DNA of 63,860 nucleotides, counting the filler, from Bigelowiella natans CCMP2755 (lineage: Eukaryota; Protista; Cercozoa), in NCBI GenBank assembly GCA_000320545.1. It is 5 parts of 5 records of this genome, joined end to end, with 100 filler letters (N's around TTAATTAATTAA, not from the genome) between each part and the next. Parts side by side here need not be neighbours in the genome. Positions count along the whole stretch, not along the records: positions 1 to 19,660 come from ADNK01001724.1; 4 more parts are not named here. The stretch is one strand, 5' to 3'. Made by a program: the position numbers and the translations under genes. Shown one piece after another: positions 1-14,352 of the stretch. Within the stretch, counting starts at the first letter, position 1; each line of letters starts with the position of its first letter. The notes under the pieces were generated by a model. It did no database searches and had not been told where the DNA came from. It saw only the letters and a list, made by a program, of their open reading frames with translations.

Positions 1-97
1 ACAGCAGCATCTTCACGAATACCCCGACTGATTCGTCTGCAATGCCCATGGCGTGTGCATTTGTATGCATGTATAATATGTATACATTATATTACAT

Positions 98-135
<38 letters not shown>

Positions 136-681
136 TATGTATTAATATATTAAATGCATATGTCACGGCGCGAGACTTTGTGATTCGAGAAATGGTTGTC
201 AAAACTGAGCGACGGGTAAGAATGATAACAGGACTGCTGCTGCTGATGATGATGATGATGGTGGTGGTGATAGTGATGGTGATGAGCTATTCCGGATATA
301 CACGCGCACACAGACACACGCACCAATACAAATACATATACACAGTACAGCATGGCATCATAAACCAAGAAAGGAAACACATTCATGATCTAAGATATAT
401 GTTTAATTCGAGTCAAACTCTTTCTCTCCCCCCCCCCCCTTCCCATCAAAGCTGCGTTCTTGCGCTTGCTTGGGCTGCCAGCTGGGCAAAGTACCCTGCG
501 GACACTCGATTATTCCCCTCTAGAGTAAGAGGCTCAATCAATATTAGCGGCTATATGGCCGAACCTGTCAAGAATAGCAAAACCGGAAAGACAGTCAGGT
601 CAGGCAATGAGACCTACTACAGCCGCCCATTTATATCTCTCTTTAGCACACACCTTATGCTTACACAAGCGCGCGCGCGCG

Positions 682-738
<57 letters not shown>

Positions 739-1250
739 GCACAAAGACATACGTATGTGTACCATCATTTCGATACGAATTGAGCCTTTGGTAGTCTCAG
801 CAGCCGTTGAAACACGTGAATCGAGAGACTCGAATTGCTTTGCGCCGATCGGTTGTTTCTGTTGGTTGTGTTGTTTGTCGCGCAGTTCCAACGTGACGTA
901 CGTGGTTCATGCGGATCCAAAAGGTGGAGAGAATATCCCCCCAAAAAAAAAACAATTAACAAAAATAATAACAACAACAACTGCATCGCGTGTTGGCATA
1001 AACATATAAAAATATTTATTTATTTATTTATTTATTTATTTATTATATATGCGTTATTTGTCGTTGCGGATCAAGTGCAAAGTGTTGCTGCATGGAAGAG
1101 TATGATGGCGCTGGAATCACAACCCTAATGATGTGTCTTATTCTCAGGAATGCTGCCTGCTGTTCTTGTTGAGATGTTAGCCCCTGCTCAAGGTCACAAA
1201 CTTGAATCCCCCCCCCCCCCTTCTAAATAAGACGTATTCCTCTAAGATAA

Positions 1251-1290
<40 letters not shown>

Positions 1291-1583
1291 AAAATCTGGT
1301 CATTCATTCATTCTTGCATGCATATGCAACTTGCCTCTCTCGCAGCGCTGAACGTGGGGCGACTACGGGACTTCTTTGACCTCGTGGATGAGGGGGGGGA
1401 GGACTATGATTCGAAAGAGAGAAGGACGGCAAACGATAGCTCAAGAGTGGAGCAACAGCGTTTAAAGGGCCGAGAAAAAGCTGCGTATGCCATGCACGAT
1501 TTCTCAAAACAAGACGATGAAGAGGATGATGAGGTCGGTTCCAATTTCTTCCATTTCCCTATTTCTCTACATAGGCACGAATT

Positions 1584-1627
<44 letters not shown>

Positions 1628-2083
1628 GTGTGTGTGTGTTTGAGAAATACACAAAAAATCAACAATGTGTTGTTTTAGGAATTGAAAGCAGCAAAGAATC
1701 TGAATGATTTGCTCGGTAACCTTGTGCACAAAATATATCATATCATCATGTACAAATATGAATATAAGCTTTGTAGAATGGAAGAAGGAAAAAGTGATGT
1801 TTTTGGGAAGAAATTTCGTTTCCCCCCGATCTTCACATCCTTGCGACCAACATTATAGTCTCTGACGATTACTCATTTATTCTTTTATTTTTAAAAAAAT
1901 TATTGGATTTGCCGCGTACTGCAGGGGAGCTCGACGATGATGATAGCACGGAGAACTTCCTAGCCATGTAGGTTTTTACCGTGCGCTACTATATTGAATT
2001 TCAAACACTATTATTCGCTCTCGCAGCGCAATTGTTGGCAGCCACGTGCCGTCTGTAGGGGTGTTAATATACATCTCCTTTGT

Positions 2084-2123
<40 letters not shown>

Positions 2124-2573
2124 GTGTGTGTTTTTGTGTGTGTTTGTATTTGTGTGAGAATGTGTGAGCATGGATACGCGCCCTGCCTCTGGAACGCTGA
2201 CCAAATTTTCACTATTTCAGATTGAAAGAGGAGGGGGGTGCGGAGGATGATGACTCTGACAAGGAGGAGCCTACTGCTGCTGCCCAAGCGTCTTCAAGCG
2301 AAGTAGGAATGGGGGACGAACCGGAGCCTGCGGTACAGACATCTCACTCGCACGATTTTCATGCGGAAAACATCCATATTTTTGGCGGGAAAACCACAAC
2401 TGCTGCGCGCACACGCACGTACTCCTATCGTTTTCAACCCCCCCCCCCCCCCCCTCCCCTCCCCCCCCTCTCCTTCCTCCCCCAAGGCAATGCTGCAAAA
2501 GCTGCTGAACGATCTGGAGTGTGATGATGAAGAGGAGGAGGAGGACTCTTCGGAAGACATTAAGGATGAATGA
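1..2573 (+). CDS. START (StAR-related lipid transfer) domain protein with acidic C-terminal tail; multi-exon, 5' partial
   Basis: Spliced exons read CPW..VTARDFVIREMVVK / ...RVRGSINISGYMAEPV / SNVTYVVHADPK / GMLPAVLVEMLAPAQ / ALNVGRLRDFF. These match the START C-terminal pattern (RDFV, VRG..SG, TYV.H.DPKG.LP). D/E-rich exons follow, ending DIKDE* at 2573. Confidence 0.75.
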
Positions 2574-2999
2574 TGATATCCTTGAGTCACTTAAAACTTT
2601 TTCAGTCATAGAATAAGCCAGGGAGCACATCGGCCTCTCGACGAAGAGAAAGAGGCTTGTGATGGTGATATGCTGGTACCGGGGAATATGATTGGAAAAT
2701 ACGTCAATGTCGTCGTATTCAATATATAAGCATATTAATATGTTATATGTAACATATTATTCCTCCCAGCTGCATGCTCCTAATACTTAGCCGTCGTGTC
2801 TAGGTGTGTGTGTGTGTGTGTGTGTGTGTTTAATATAGGAAAGAGAGGGGAAGGCTGGGACTTGCGTCTATAGTATGTGAATATTTATCATCATCAAAAT
2901 GAATCAGGTGCTCCACATCAAGTAGATGTGCCTTATGAATGAATGTAAGAGTCTCTAAATTAAACCTGTAATTCATCGGTGTTGATGCTCATGTAAACG

Positions 3000-3660
3000 T
3001 GCTTAACGACTGCCAAACGCATCAATTGCATTTTCGTCGATATAGTTCGCGCGAGATGTCGATATACGATGCGAGCTAGCTAGCTAGCGCAAGTACATCG
3101 CAGGCTACATGAGTGCAATTTTTCTTCTGCTCTTGCTAGCTAGTGCTCGTCTTACTGCTTTCAATTCCGCGCTATCTCATCATTATCGCACAATAAAGCA
3201 TGACATGCTAGCATGTGGCTGGTGGCCAACTGCGCATGCATGCTATATCATGATGATTTGCGTGTGTGCGTGTCTACTAGGTGTGTGTGTATGTGTGTGT
3301 GTGTATATACACGCGTGTATGTGATCGACGCGATGTGAGTCCTTGTTGCTGACAACTAGCTGCTAGCTAGCTAGCTATAGAGCTAGACAACTCTAGAACT
3401 GTGTGTTTGCGATGCTAGCAGTCATGCAGCTCAAATCTGTTTGGTAGCATGCGATGCTGTGAATTGCGCCCAAGCATGCATGTACGTACATGTCTAGATG
3501 TGATCGCACAAATATGTCAATATGTCAATTTGAGCATCTCTAGATCTAGCTAGCTAGTGCATGCAAACGCTAGATGCAATACGTATACGCATAGCTAGAT
3601 AGCGCTAAGGCTGTCAATCTAGCTAGCTGCACGCAAATTCACACATGCAATGTGTAGATC
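3000..3660. other. CC/GG-depleted, GCTAGC/TGCA-rich intergenic tract between convergent genes
   Basis: Hand count gives 12 CC+GG in 3061-3660, against roughly 60 expected at ~45% GC. Many (CTAG)n and GCATGC words. Confidence 0.85.
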
Positions 3661-3711
3661 GAACGTATATATATATATATATATATAATATATATACTCC
3701 TACAGATGGAG

Positions 3712-4700
3712 CTAAATTTTCTTCACCCCCCCTGTCTCTTTGCCATAACCGGTAATACTGGCTCGCTCGAGACCTCGTCGCTCTAGGACAGGCGTTCGGG
3801 ACCGACTAATCTGACCACCTTCTTCGTCTATGGATGATTCTCCAACTTCGTTTATCAAAGGGCTCTTCATCCTCGCGTGGTGCTTCTCCTCCACCGCCAA
3901 TAGGCCGCTTTTTTTTTTTTAGTGACAAAAAATGTATGCTGAATGCGGGGAAGCTAAAGAAAATCGAAAGTGTTTATATAGGGAGGGGGAGGGGGGGGGG
4001 GGGAAGGGGGAAGGGTGAAAGCAAGAACCCCGCAGCGCAGAGGGAAAGAGATGCCGTCGAGAAAATAGAAGCAAAAACAGCGACTAGGAGCATACATTCC
4101 TTAATATATAAAAGTTTCGTTTTTTCCCAGAAAATCTCAAGAACGTACGCTGCCGGCTTGTTGTGGAACACGCTTTGCCTGACGCTCCCCCTCCGCAAAT
4201 CAACGGGAGGCACGCTTGCCCTTGGAGTCTCGAGGCGCGACATCATTCCCATCTCCAAAGACTTCCTGTTTGCGCTGCTGGAGGTCCTTGCCTCCCTCCT
4301 AAGTGTGGACTCTATAGAGCGGTTGCGGCCGTGATAAGGATTGTGATAGTTGGTGGATTGGCGACGATGATGGCCTGCAGACGATATAGAAGCGCGCCGA
4401 GAATGGGAGTCACCGGAAAATATGCTCGGCTGATGTGGTAAGGATAAAGCGGTGTGATTGCTCGTAAAATCATTCACGGACCACGACGATGACTATTCGT
4501 TTGTGTGTTGTAAAGTGACTGTGAGAATTCAAGTTTCGAATGCACACGGTTTTATGGCCACATAAAGAGGAAGCTATTAAAGCTTTGCGTGTTTAGGATT
4601 ATACCCTGGGCTGCCTACTACTTCTAGGAGTCAGTGATTCTCTATATCTTTGGTTTAACGATTCTAAATGGATTAATTGGAAGATATGGCATTTAGATGT

Positions 4701-4772
<72 letters not shown>

Positions 4773-4777
4773 TTATA

Positions 4778-4832
<55 letters not shown>

Positions 4833-5230
4833 TGGAGGGGGGGAGATGTGCGTGTATGATGTAAAAAAAGAAAATCTAAATTTCCGTCTCCTTTCGTTGT
4901 CAATATCCAAAACGCTATTCTCCACATTAGCAAAAACTTTCAATTGTACAAAACCACAAGTGTCTTGAATGATAATTCATGGTATGTCTGTCGCAGCGAG
5001 GCACTAATCAAAACTTATTGTCCACTCTCTGAGTCTAATTTGTATCATCGTTGCTGTCCGTCGCCATCGTTCGGTCTGTGCAACCTCGAATTACCCCTTC
5101 TCCCATGAGAGTATCTACTGCGCCTCCGCCCTGTTCATATTATCCTCAACTCAGTTGGAGGGGCAAACCACGCAAATTTGAACAAACGAGCAGCAGGGGT
5201 GTCGGGTAGGATTTTATAAATATATCAATA

Positions 5231-5265
<35 letters not shown>

Positions 5266-6312
5266 CTGGGGGGGGGGGGGGGGGGGGTGTGTAGAAATTT
5301 AATATTCACACACAACATCGGAACAGGGCCGAAAAGATCGAAATGAGAGAGATGTCGCCCAGCGCTCTACTAGATGTAGGAGCGCAACGGCTTTCTTGGG
5401 TTTGTTGCGATCGCCGGGGGGGGGGGGGGGGGGGGGATGATTATTCGTCTTCTCCTTCAGGGAGCGTCGCGAAAACCAATCGTCCAGCAAATATGCGTAA
5501 GTTGGAAAAGAGGCCGTGTGTTTTCTTTTGCCGACATAATGCCTTGATGCAATAGCGAGCGGCGTACCGTGCCCTCCGCTACTACTTCCAGCTCCGGAGG
5601 ATGAAATTGACTTCTTTCGCAGCTTGCCCAACAACTTGTCCACGCCTTTGTTTCGAATAAAATCAAATCGGAACACGTGAATATTAGAGACGGGAGGGGG
5701 GTGCGAGGGGGGGGAAGTGTTGGGAGAAATCCCTCAGACATCGCTGCTTTTGATGTCGCTTCGATGAACACCGGCTCACTTCATCACAAATTAGAGGGGG
5801 GCCATACTATGCTGGTAGAGTCGGATTGTGTTGGCCAAGTTGCAAGCTTCACTTGCAAGGTAAAGGGCAGTAAGAACCAGCAATGCAGTTCCTTCGCCTT
5901 TGCCACCACCAAAGAAGCCACTTATCTGTAAGATAGACCGCAATTATGCAGCTGTGTGCTGGCGTCTATTATAATACAACACTCACACGCTTTTGCGCGT
6001 AAAGGGGAGGTAAATCGCCCCCGCGCCATTGATATCTAATGATTACAGTAAGGGTTACCATGAGCATCAAGCTTTGCACGAAGAAGCCCAGTGCGAATGC
6101 GGCCGCGCGCTTTCCAAGCTTATATGCCTGCTTCTTCTTGGCCTTTTAAGTTTGAGAGTCACCGCAGCCACAAAACAGAAAGAAAGAAAGAAATAACCGG
6201 GGAAAAAGCAGGAGCGCGATCAGTTGTCATGATTAGAGTAGTCAATAATACATAATAGGGTGAGTCGCTTAAACGCTCTCTTTCTCTCTTTCTCTCTCTC
6301 TCTTTCTCTCTT

Positions 6313-6354
<42 letters not shown>

Positions 6355-6606
6355 AACGTGCAGATACTCGTAAAATGTGCGTGTGTACGAAGAGACCTTG
6401 AATCGTTGGTCTGTGTCGCTGGAGCTGTGATTCTTCCCCATAATAGCATAGTGGAGCTTGATCCCGTACCATGCAGTTGCAAGAGAGATGGAGAGGAAAA
6501 TAGAGGCCAACACGACAGTTCCTGCAAAAAGATGGCACCATTGGAAATCATGCCATATTCACGTAATCATTGAATCATCCCGCCAAACATCCACGCACGT
6601 ACATTC

Positions 6607-6645
<39 letters not shown>

Positions 6646-7813
6646 AAAGAAGAGAAAGGAGCGAAATCGTAAACTCACAAGGGATATATCTATAAACGAA
6701 TAAAGTTCATCACAACTCCTTACACAATCTACCCCTCCCTCTGCCTTCTGACGCCCACTACTCACACCATCACCACCAATGTCACCACCCCCCCCCCCCC
6801 CCCTCCTATTCCACTCCGCACCAACCTACCAGCGATCAAGGTCTCGGGTGTTCCGACGAAGAGAAACGTAGCGAAAGACGCCCAAGCTAGCACCACCGCA
6901 GTCACATTCGCTTTCACAAAAAACGGCATAACCTATACAGATCCAAGATGCTTTGAGAAAAATAGACGATATCTGCAGAACCGCACGACCCCCCCCCCCC
7001 CCCCCCTCCCTTTTCTCCCCTTCACGAGGAGAAATGCGCGAAAGCGCATTCCGTTTAGGAAACGATGCAGCTGTGTAGTTAGGCCCAGATTACCCGTTCG
7101 AATGGCTTGCGGGAAAGTCTTGTGTTGTAAACAATAGCAAACCATTGGAAGGCCATAAAAGAGAACAGCCAGTAGCACAAGGTGTACGGCAAAGCTACGA
7201 GGATTAAGGTAACTGACGGATGGACCTGTAATATTTTTGTTTACACACACACACACACACACACACATATTAGATATATATATATATATATATATACAAT
7301 GTTCAAATCTACTGCAAACCACAGAGCGTGCACTTACAGATGTGAAAAATTCGTTATGTACTGGTATGATGTTCTGTCCTACAAATCCAATCTCACCTTC
7401 CTTGCTGCAAAACCAGGCACTAGTTTCGAGAAGAAAAGGCTGCTGGTCAACCGAACGACACATAGCGAAGCAATTCCAAGAAATACTGGTGCAGGTCTTT
7501 CGAGGGTAAATAGCTTTCCTCCTGAAACACGGAAAAGTGTACATGTATAAAATTCACTTATACGTATTTTTCTGTATTCAGAGGAAACAATCCTTTCATC
7601 CGTTCCGAACTGCTTTCCTCCATAATCCACACACCTTTGTACATTCTCCAAAGGTCCTTGCTGGTGTAGGCTAGCACGATAAGATATACGACGCAAAACG
7701 CCAGGAATACCCACTTTTCTTCTTCAGAAACCTCAGTTACGATGCATTGGTCATCACTGAGCTGCCTGCTCAGCATCTGGACAAATGCACCCACCCACCC
7801 ACACACACACACA

Positions 7814-7856
<43 letters not shown>

Positions 7857-8458
7857 AAGGAGAAGGGTTAGAGACCCCCCCGCGGACATGTGTACAAGCA
7901 GAATTTAGAATGATGGATGTGTGTAGTATTGGAAGAAAAAGTATGTTAAAACATCTTGTCGATGCGCTACAGCCGACAATCTGTGGAAAATGTAAACTCC
8001 GTTGTGCACATTGCTCTATGTTCCCACCTCCCTACACCCCCCCCCCCCATCTTTCGCAACACTCTTGCATACCGCAAATTCCGTGAGGGGGGTGCACACA
8101 CCCTCGGCGTAGCTCGAAGAGGCGTTGGAGACGTTCGATTCAGTGAGCAGCTAAGAGGCCAGATACAACGCAATGACGAAATAGAACCGCTTAAAAGAAG
8201 AACGTAAGGATAGTTATTCTCTACGTCTCTGCAGCATCAACGTCATGGCCTCTTCTCTTTGTCAAAAGTTTGAGGACACAAATCCTCTCACCATAAATCT
8301 ACTCTCGCTTTCCTTGAAATTCGCTCGCAAGTACCCTTCATCGCTCCATTCCATCGTGGTCGTGTTCCAAAACCCGCACAGTACTTTCTGCCTCTTCAAG
8401 ACGCCCTTGCCTGCAAAGAAAGTGTGCAGTTTTGACATCAATAACAAACATATATGTT

Positions 8459-8500
<42 letters not shown>

Positions 8501-9258
8501 AATACGCACACACAAACTATTATCCTTATCGACGTAATCGCTGACGACATGCCGTGAGTATGATCTACGCATCAACCAGTGCATTCTTCCCGACGTGCCG
8601 TTGAAGAGGCCACGACACCAGAGATCGGGATTAAGATGCGGACAAATCGATTCCGAGGGATTTGCAAAGACCGCCCTGGCTGTGCGCTGCTCGCAGCTGT
8701 GAGGAAGTTAATGCTGCTGATATTTGACTCCACAGATGAGACACCCGTAGGATTCGCTCCAGCTGAATGAAGAGGAGGAAATGATGGCGTTGGCTGTGTT
8801 TACTTGACCAGTTGCTATTTAGCCGCACATGTGTGTATTGTCTTTTTTATATTGTATTGTATTTACTTAAAATACCTTTGGGGTCCCGACACTTTCCAGC
8901 GATTCCTTTATAGCAATACATATTCCAGTGTAGACGTCATGAACGATAAGCATATGCATGCACATATAATACGTGCACACACACACATACACACACACAC
9001 ACTCATACACACATACACACATATAATGGATACCTTTGCTCGAGAAAGTACTGATGCTGAAGATACGTGTTGGGCGAGAAATGCCGCCCGAGCTGGCGTT
9101 GTATTCGCTCGGAAATGATGGTGTTACTACCCGCACTGAAGAACGCATTTACATAAGACATTTATGCTCATTGCGATAATATCTACAGTTGCACAGTTCT
9201 TGCGGTATTATGCTTCAAAAAATGACGCTCAAACACACACACACACACACACACAGAC

Positions 9259-9303
<45 letters not shown>

Positions 9304-9760
9304 CCCTTAGCCAAAAAATAAGAATAATATGAAGAGAGAAGCTAAGCTCCCAAAATCGCCACACGTAATACGAAGGAATTGCCGTCTTACATCGTATTAA
9401 GGTCTCCGGTACATTAGGGGGTTTTATGGCATCGTAAGATGATAAAATTTGAAAATTCGTCAAGATACAAGTACCTCCGCCTTCCTCCGCTGAAACAGGA
9501 GCGTCTGAGAACACATGCATCGACTTCGCCTCGAAGTTATCCGTGCTAAATTCCACGCCTACAACCAATTTTGCAAAGATGGGTTTTTGGCGATTGGTTC
9601 CCGTATATCTCACAGAGGTCGGCGACATTCGTTTGCCGTTCTCACTCGACGTGTCGGTAACATGCCGCAAACTTCGCTTTTTTTAATTCTCGCTTGTGTG
9701 AAGGAAGGTTTGCCGCGTACACACATGCATGTGCGCGCACACATACCTCCCCCCCCCCCC

Positions 9761-9808
<48 letters not shown>

Positions 9809-10424
9809 CCTGGAGCATCCGCTGCCAGTGCTTGCCCAGAGCGTTGCATCAGCACATCAACCAAATGTAAAATGTTGTCGACCGAAGAACAACTAATATT
9901 GTTCCTAGTTTCCCTAAAGTTCGCCATAAAGAGAAGCGTCGTATATGAGAGGAGAGACACACGCAAACACACATGCATCCATGCTGCTATTGCCGATGCC
10001 TCACCCCGCGGCAGCACCTTACCACATCTTGGAGCTCTATCGCTATCAATTTAACAGAGTCAATTGTCGTATTGAATGTCTTCCAGGACTCTCATATTCA
10101 TAATCTAACTACTCACCCTTTTCCTCCTTTTAATCTCTCCCCCCCCCCCCTCTCCTTTATATTTTCCTCCTTCTTTTGCATGAAAAGTTTCATATCTCGT
10201 GGATATTATTACGATGCCGTAGGTTGGTTCGTCGGAGATGTGGGGGAGGTGGGCGGCGTCCTTGCAGGAGGCCGTGTAGGAGCGACGGAGGGAGGAGAGG
10301 AGGAGAGGGAGGAGGAGGAGGAGGAGGAGGAAGCTCTCGACGATATGTCTATTATAAGGAAGTTGCATCGATAGGAGAGTTACGATTCATGCAAAAAAAG
10401 TGACTCGAATTCGTGAATGCATTT

Positions 10425-10458
<34 letters not shown>

Positions 10459-11513
10459 CATCTTATAATCGTTTGTTAGCATGCAGAACCTAGGAGGTTG
10501 GAGAGCGTGCTGGCGGTGTTTGCGCCTCTTTTGGTGCTCACGAGCTCTGCCGGCGTTGCAGCTTCCATCAATGCATCTACCAGAAAAGAGGGGGGTTAGG
10601 AGGAGAAGGAGGAAGAGGAAGAGGAAGAGGAGAATACGTTCAAAAATATGTTCTTGTGTGTACAGTACATGTACGTGCTCTTTGCACATTTGTGTGCGTG
10701 TTTGGCAGATGTGCTGCCTGCTTATCTACAAGAGCATTTGCGTTGTGTGTGTGGGAGGGTGAATTCGCGCGGCTGATATCAATTCATAAGTGGGTTGCTA
10801 CTGGTGGTGTTGGCGAGGCGCTCGATGCTCTGGGAGGACGAATCTACGGCCTCAGACTTCGTGAGCGTAACCTTTGAAGAAAGAGGAGAACATGATGATG
10901 AATCGTGGAGGTGTTCGGTCGTTACAGGCAGGACAATCATTTTTTCCTTTGCGAAATGTACCATGATCTGCGTCCCTTGCTCGCCAGCAACCGATATCTT
11001 ATCAGCGGAGTTGAGTGAATCTTCCAGCTTCATGCTGACTGTCGACCTGTGAGCGCATCATTCGTCAGCGTTCCCTCCTCGAAATGGCGCTCGGTTGAAT
11101 CGAGAGAAGCGATTGTGTATGTATTGCAAAATCAGAATAGTCGGGGATGATCTTATTCTTCCAGTATTTGGGGGGTGGAATGGAGACCATATCTCGTTGG
11201 CGAGAGATCCTATCGTAGTCGCCGTCTGGGAAGAAGAGGTGAGGAGGTGCATTCGTCGAGTCAATTCTCCGACTGAAGAGGTACCGACAACGCCTGTGAT
11301 AGAGGACACGCACACACACGCACAAATACGCATACAGTCACACTCACACACTTCGATGATATGGCCTCTCCCTCGGCCTCTCCAATGCACACCGCTAGTC
11401 AGGTTATTGGCGGACAGGGGGGGGGGGGGGGTATGCGCGTCACCGTTTGCTGCAGCATCAAGGACGTTATCCCTGCAATCTGAAATTCCAATCTGCGGGG
11501 GCAGACACAAGCA

Positions 11514-11550
<37 letters not shown>

Positions 11551-12162
11551 TATATAGATATATATTTGCGTGTGTGTGTGGGGGTGGGTGTGATTAGATT
11601 ATGGGAAGTTAAACATTTGAGTTACCTGAGAAGAGGCATCGATGGTGCGAAGAACTTCCAAGCAGTACTGAGCTGTTCTTATGAGCTCGTTCAGACGGCC
11701 TTGGTAAACACGGGGAAAACAAGATGATGAAAATAGAAAGAAGAAGAAGAAGAGGAGGGCCATCGAGAAGAATCACCAAAAAGGCACAAAGTTCGGGAGT
11801 GAGAGAGAAAAGGAAGGAAAAGGGATGTTTTTGACCAGAACGTATCGCTCTCTTGTGTATGTTAGCTCTACATTATTTATTTGAAAAGAAAACACCTTCT
11901 TCCATCAGGATTTCAAGCGACTGGGAGATTGCGTCGATAAGAGGAAGCTCGTCCGAGTTGGGAACCACCTGGCATATCCACATGAGAACATGATTTTAGT
12001 GATAAAGGTTAGATGACAATGATGATAGCGATGATGATGATGGTGATGATGATGATGATAATGATATGCTGGTGATGATGATGTCTGTTTAATCTGCGCA
12101 AAATTAGGGCTGCTTGCATGTTTTATAGACACACACGCACAGAGAGAGACAGAGAGAGAGAG

Positions 12163-12201
<39 letters not shown>

Positions 12202-13235
12202 AAAGAAACAAAGACAGAAAGAGGCATGCACATATTCATATTCAAAGCACGCACTTCAAGGCTCTTGACAACTGATCGGAGCGATTGGACTGCCCCTGAC
12301 GTTTCATTGCACTGTCTTTCAGCCTCAGTTGCCCCCGAGGGCACATCTGATATGGTCTCCTCGGCTTTCGATACGACAATAGGAGATGAATAGAGCTTCG
12401 CCCCCCCCCCTATAGAGTCCTTGATCTCTACCAAAATCGTCAACGTTCCGGGGGGCAGCACCGTCGAGAGCACGCTCGACGAGGTAAAGCTCGAAAGAAG
12501 AATGGCGGGAGAGGCGCCCTCGTCAACCTCGCTCGTGTTGTACGAGCTTTGGTAGAGAAGCGGCAGGTACCCCGACTGGGCTGTGGAAGAGATCGTAAAC
12601 CGATCACGAAACCCGACGCCCGAGGTCGGTGAAACGCTCGTCATGACAATTCTCGGTGGCGGTGCAATGGTGATGCTCAGGGCTCCAACCGCTTGCGCGA
12701 GACTACCAAGATCGGTCACCGTCACTGCGATAGAGATGGCCTGCGACGCCACGCTCGCCCCCGAGTAGACGCTGGCTGCCGGTGATACGAGCGAGGCGGA
12801 TTGGGCTGATGGGAGAGCGCTTGAGGAGTTGAGTGCGAGGTCGGTGTAGGCCCACTCGTAGCGGAGGGCGTTTGCAGGGATCTCAGCTGAGATGGCAGTC
12901 GCGGTGACCGATATCACGCCGGAGAGGGGCACAAGGCTTGATACGGCGGAGAGTGAGAGCTGATTCGTGTCACAATCATCGTGGCATTGGTTTCAGTGGC
13001 GGTGATGGTGGTAGGGGGGGGGGTGTTAGTGCGGAACGATGGTTCAGATAGTTTTTAGCGCGATTGTGTATGTGTGAGTATGTACGTCTGTGTGTGTTTA
13101 TAATTATGATTTCGAGACCGAAGGAGTCATCGGCGGCTGGATATGGATGCGCTGCTTAGCGATCGATCTTCGAGTCTGGTTATCAATATATAGCTCATAC
13201 GCGCGCATGCAATGTAACATAATTATATCTACTTA

Positions 13236-13276
<41 letters not shown>

Positions 13277-13869
13277 CCAAGTGGACGAAGTATTAGAAAG
13301 AAATGACAGGAAATGTCTTGTGCTGCCTTGGTCGCAACCAAGCACACGAGAAAAACACACGCACCAGGGTTCCTCCGTTGGACACCACGGTAAACTCAAC
13401 TCTAAATTCAAGCAAATCGCCAGGAGTGAGTAGCCCCCCTGCAACCTCGGTGGTCATCCTGTCAATAGACACACGAATTTGAGCGATCCAAAAGATTAAA
13501 TTAAATAGCAGATTATTTCGTCTGGCATCTTCTTCTTCTTGTGTAGGTTGTTAGATGGGGATGGTATGTTTCACGAGCCTATTTCCGCTCAAAGCAGCAT
13601 CAAGCGGAGGTCCTTTTTGGCAAGTAAAACATGAAAATCCACGTAAGATACAGTCTTTACTTATCATCATTTCTTCCAACAAAACCATTGTCAAAAAGCC
13701 GACATGACAACCATCTCGAGGCATATACCACATGGAGCAGTGGCGACGGTGCTGATCACGCGCCAGCAGGTCCAATTCCAACTTTTGGAAGAGCCAGAAG
13801 TCTATTTATGCAACGCGTATAAGACATTGGTTGTAGCAGTGTTGAGGTTATCAGAGACGCCTCGAAGCT

Positions 13870-13914
<45 letters not shown>

Positions 13915-14227
13915 CAATAAAACAGGTAAATTCTAGTTCTTTCGTCGATGTACGATATTTGTCAAGGTAGTTGTCCATCCCCTCATCCCACTATTTCCAC
14001 GCAATATAGAGGGAGCCTATCTGGTCTAGATTCTCTCTTTACTGCTATGATACTTATTGATGATCTACGGCGCTACCTCATCTGGGTCGCTTGCTTCGGA
14101 GGCATCGAGCACCACACTTGAGCCAGATTTGACGTCACGTTTGTCGCCGCCCTTTATTCTCACTTCTAGCTCCGATGTGAAGGTGAGGATGCTGGCATTG
14201 CTTGTGAATACGCCTTACACACACGCG

Positions 14228-14272
<45 letters not shown>

Positions 14273-14312
14273 CCACACGTAGGGAAGAAGTAAGGGGAAG
14301 GAGGAAGAGAGA

Positions 14313-14352
<40 letters not shown>

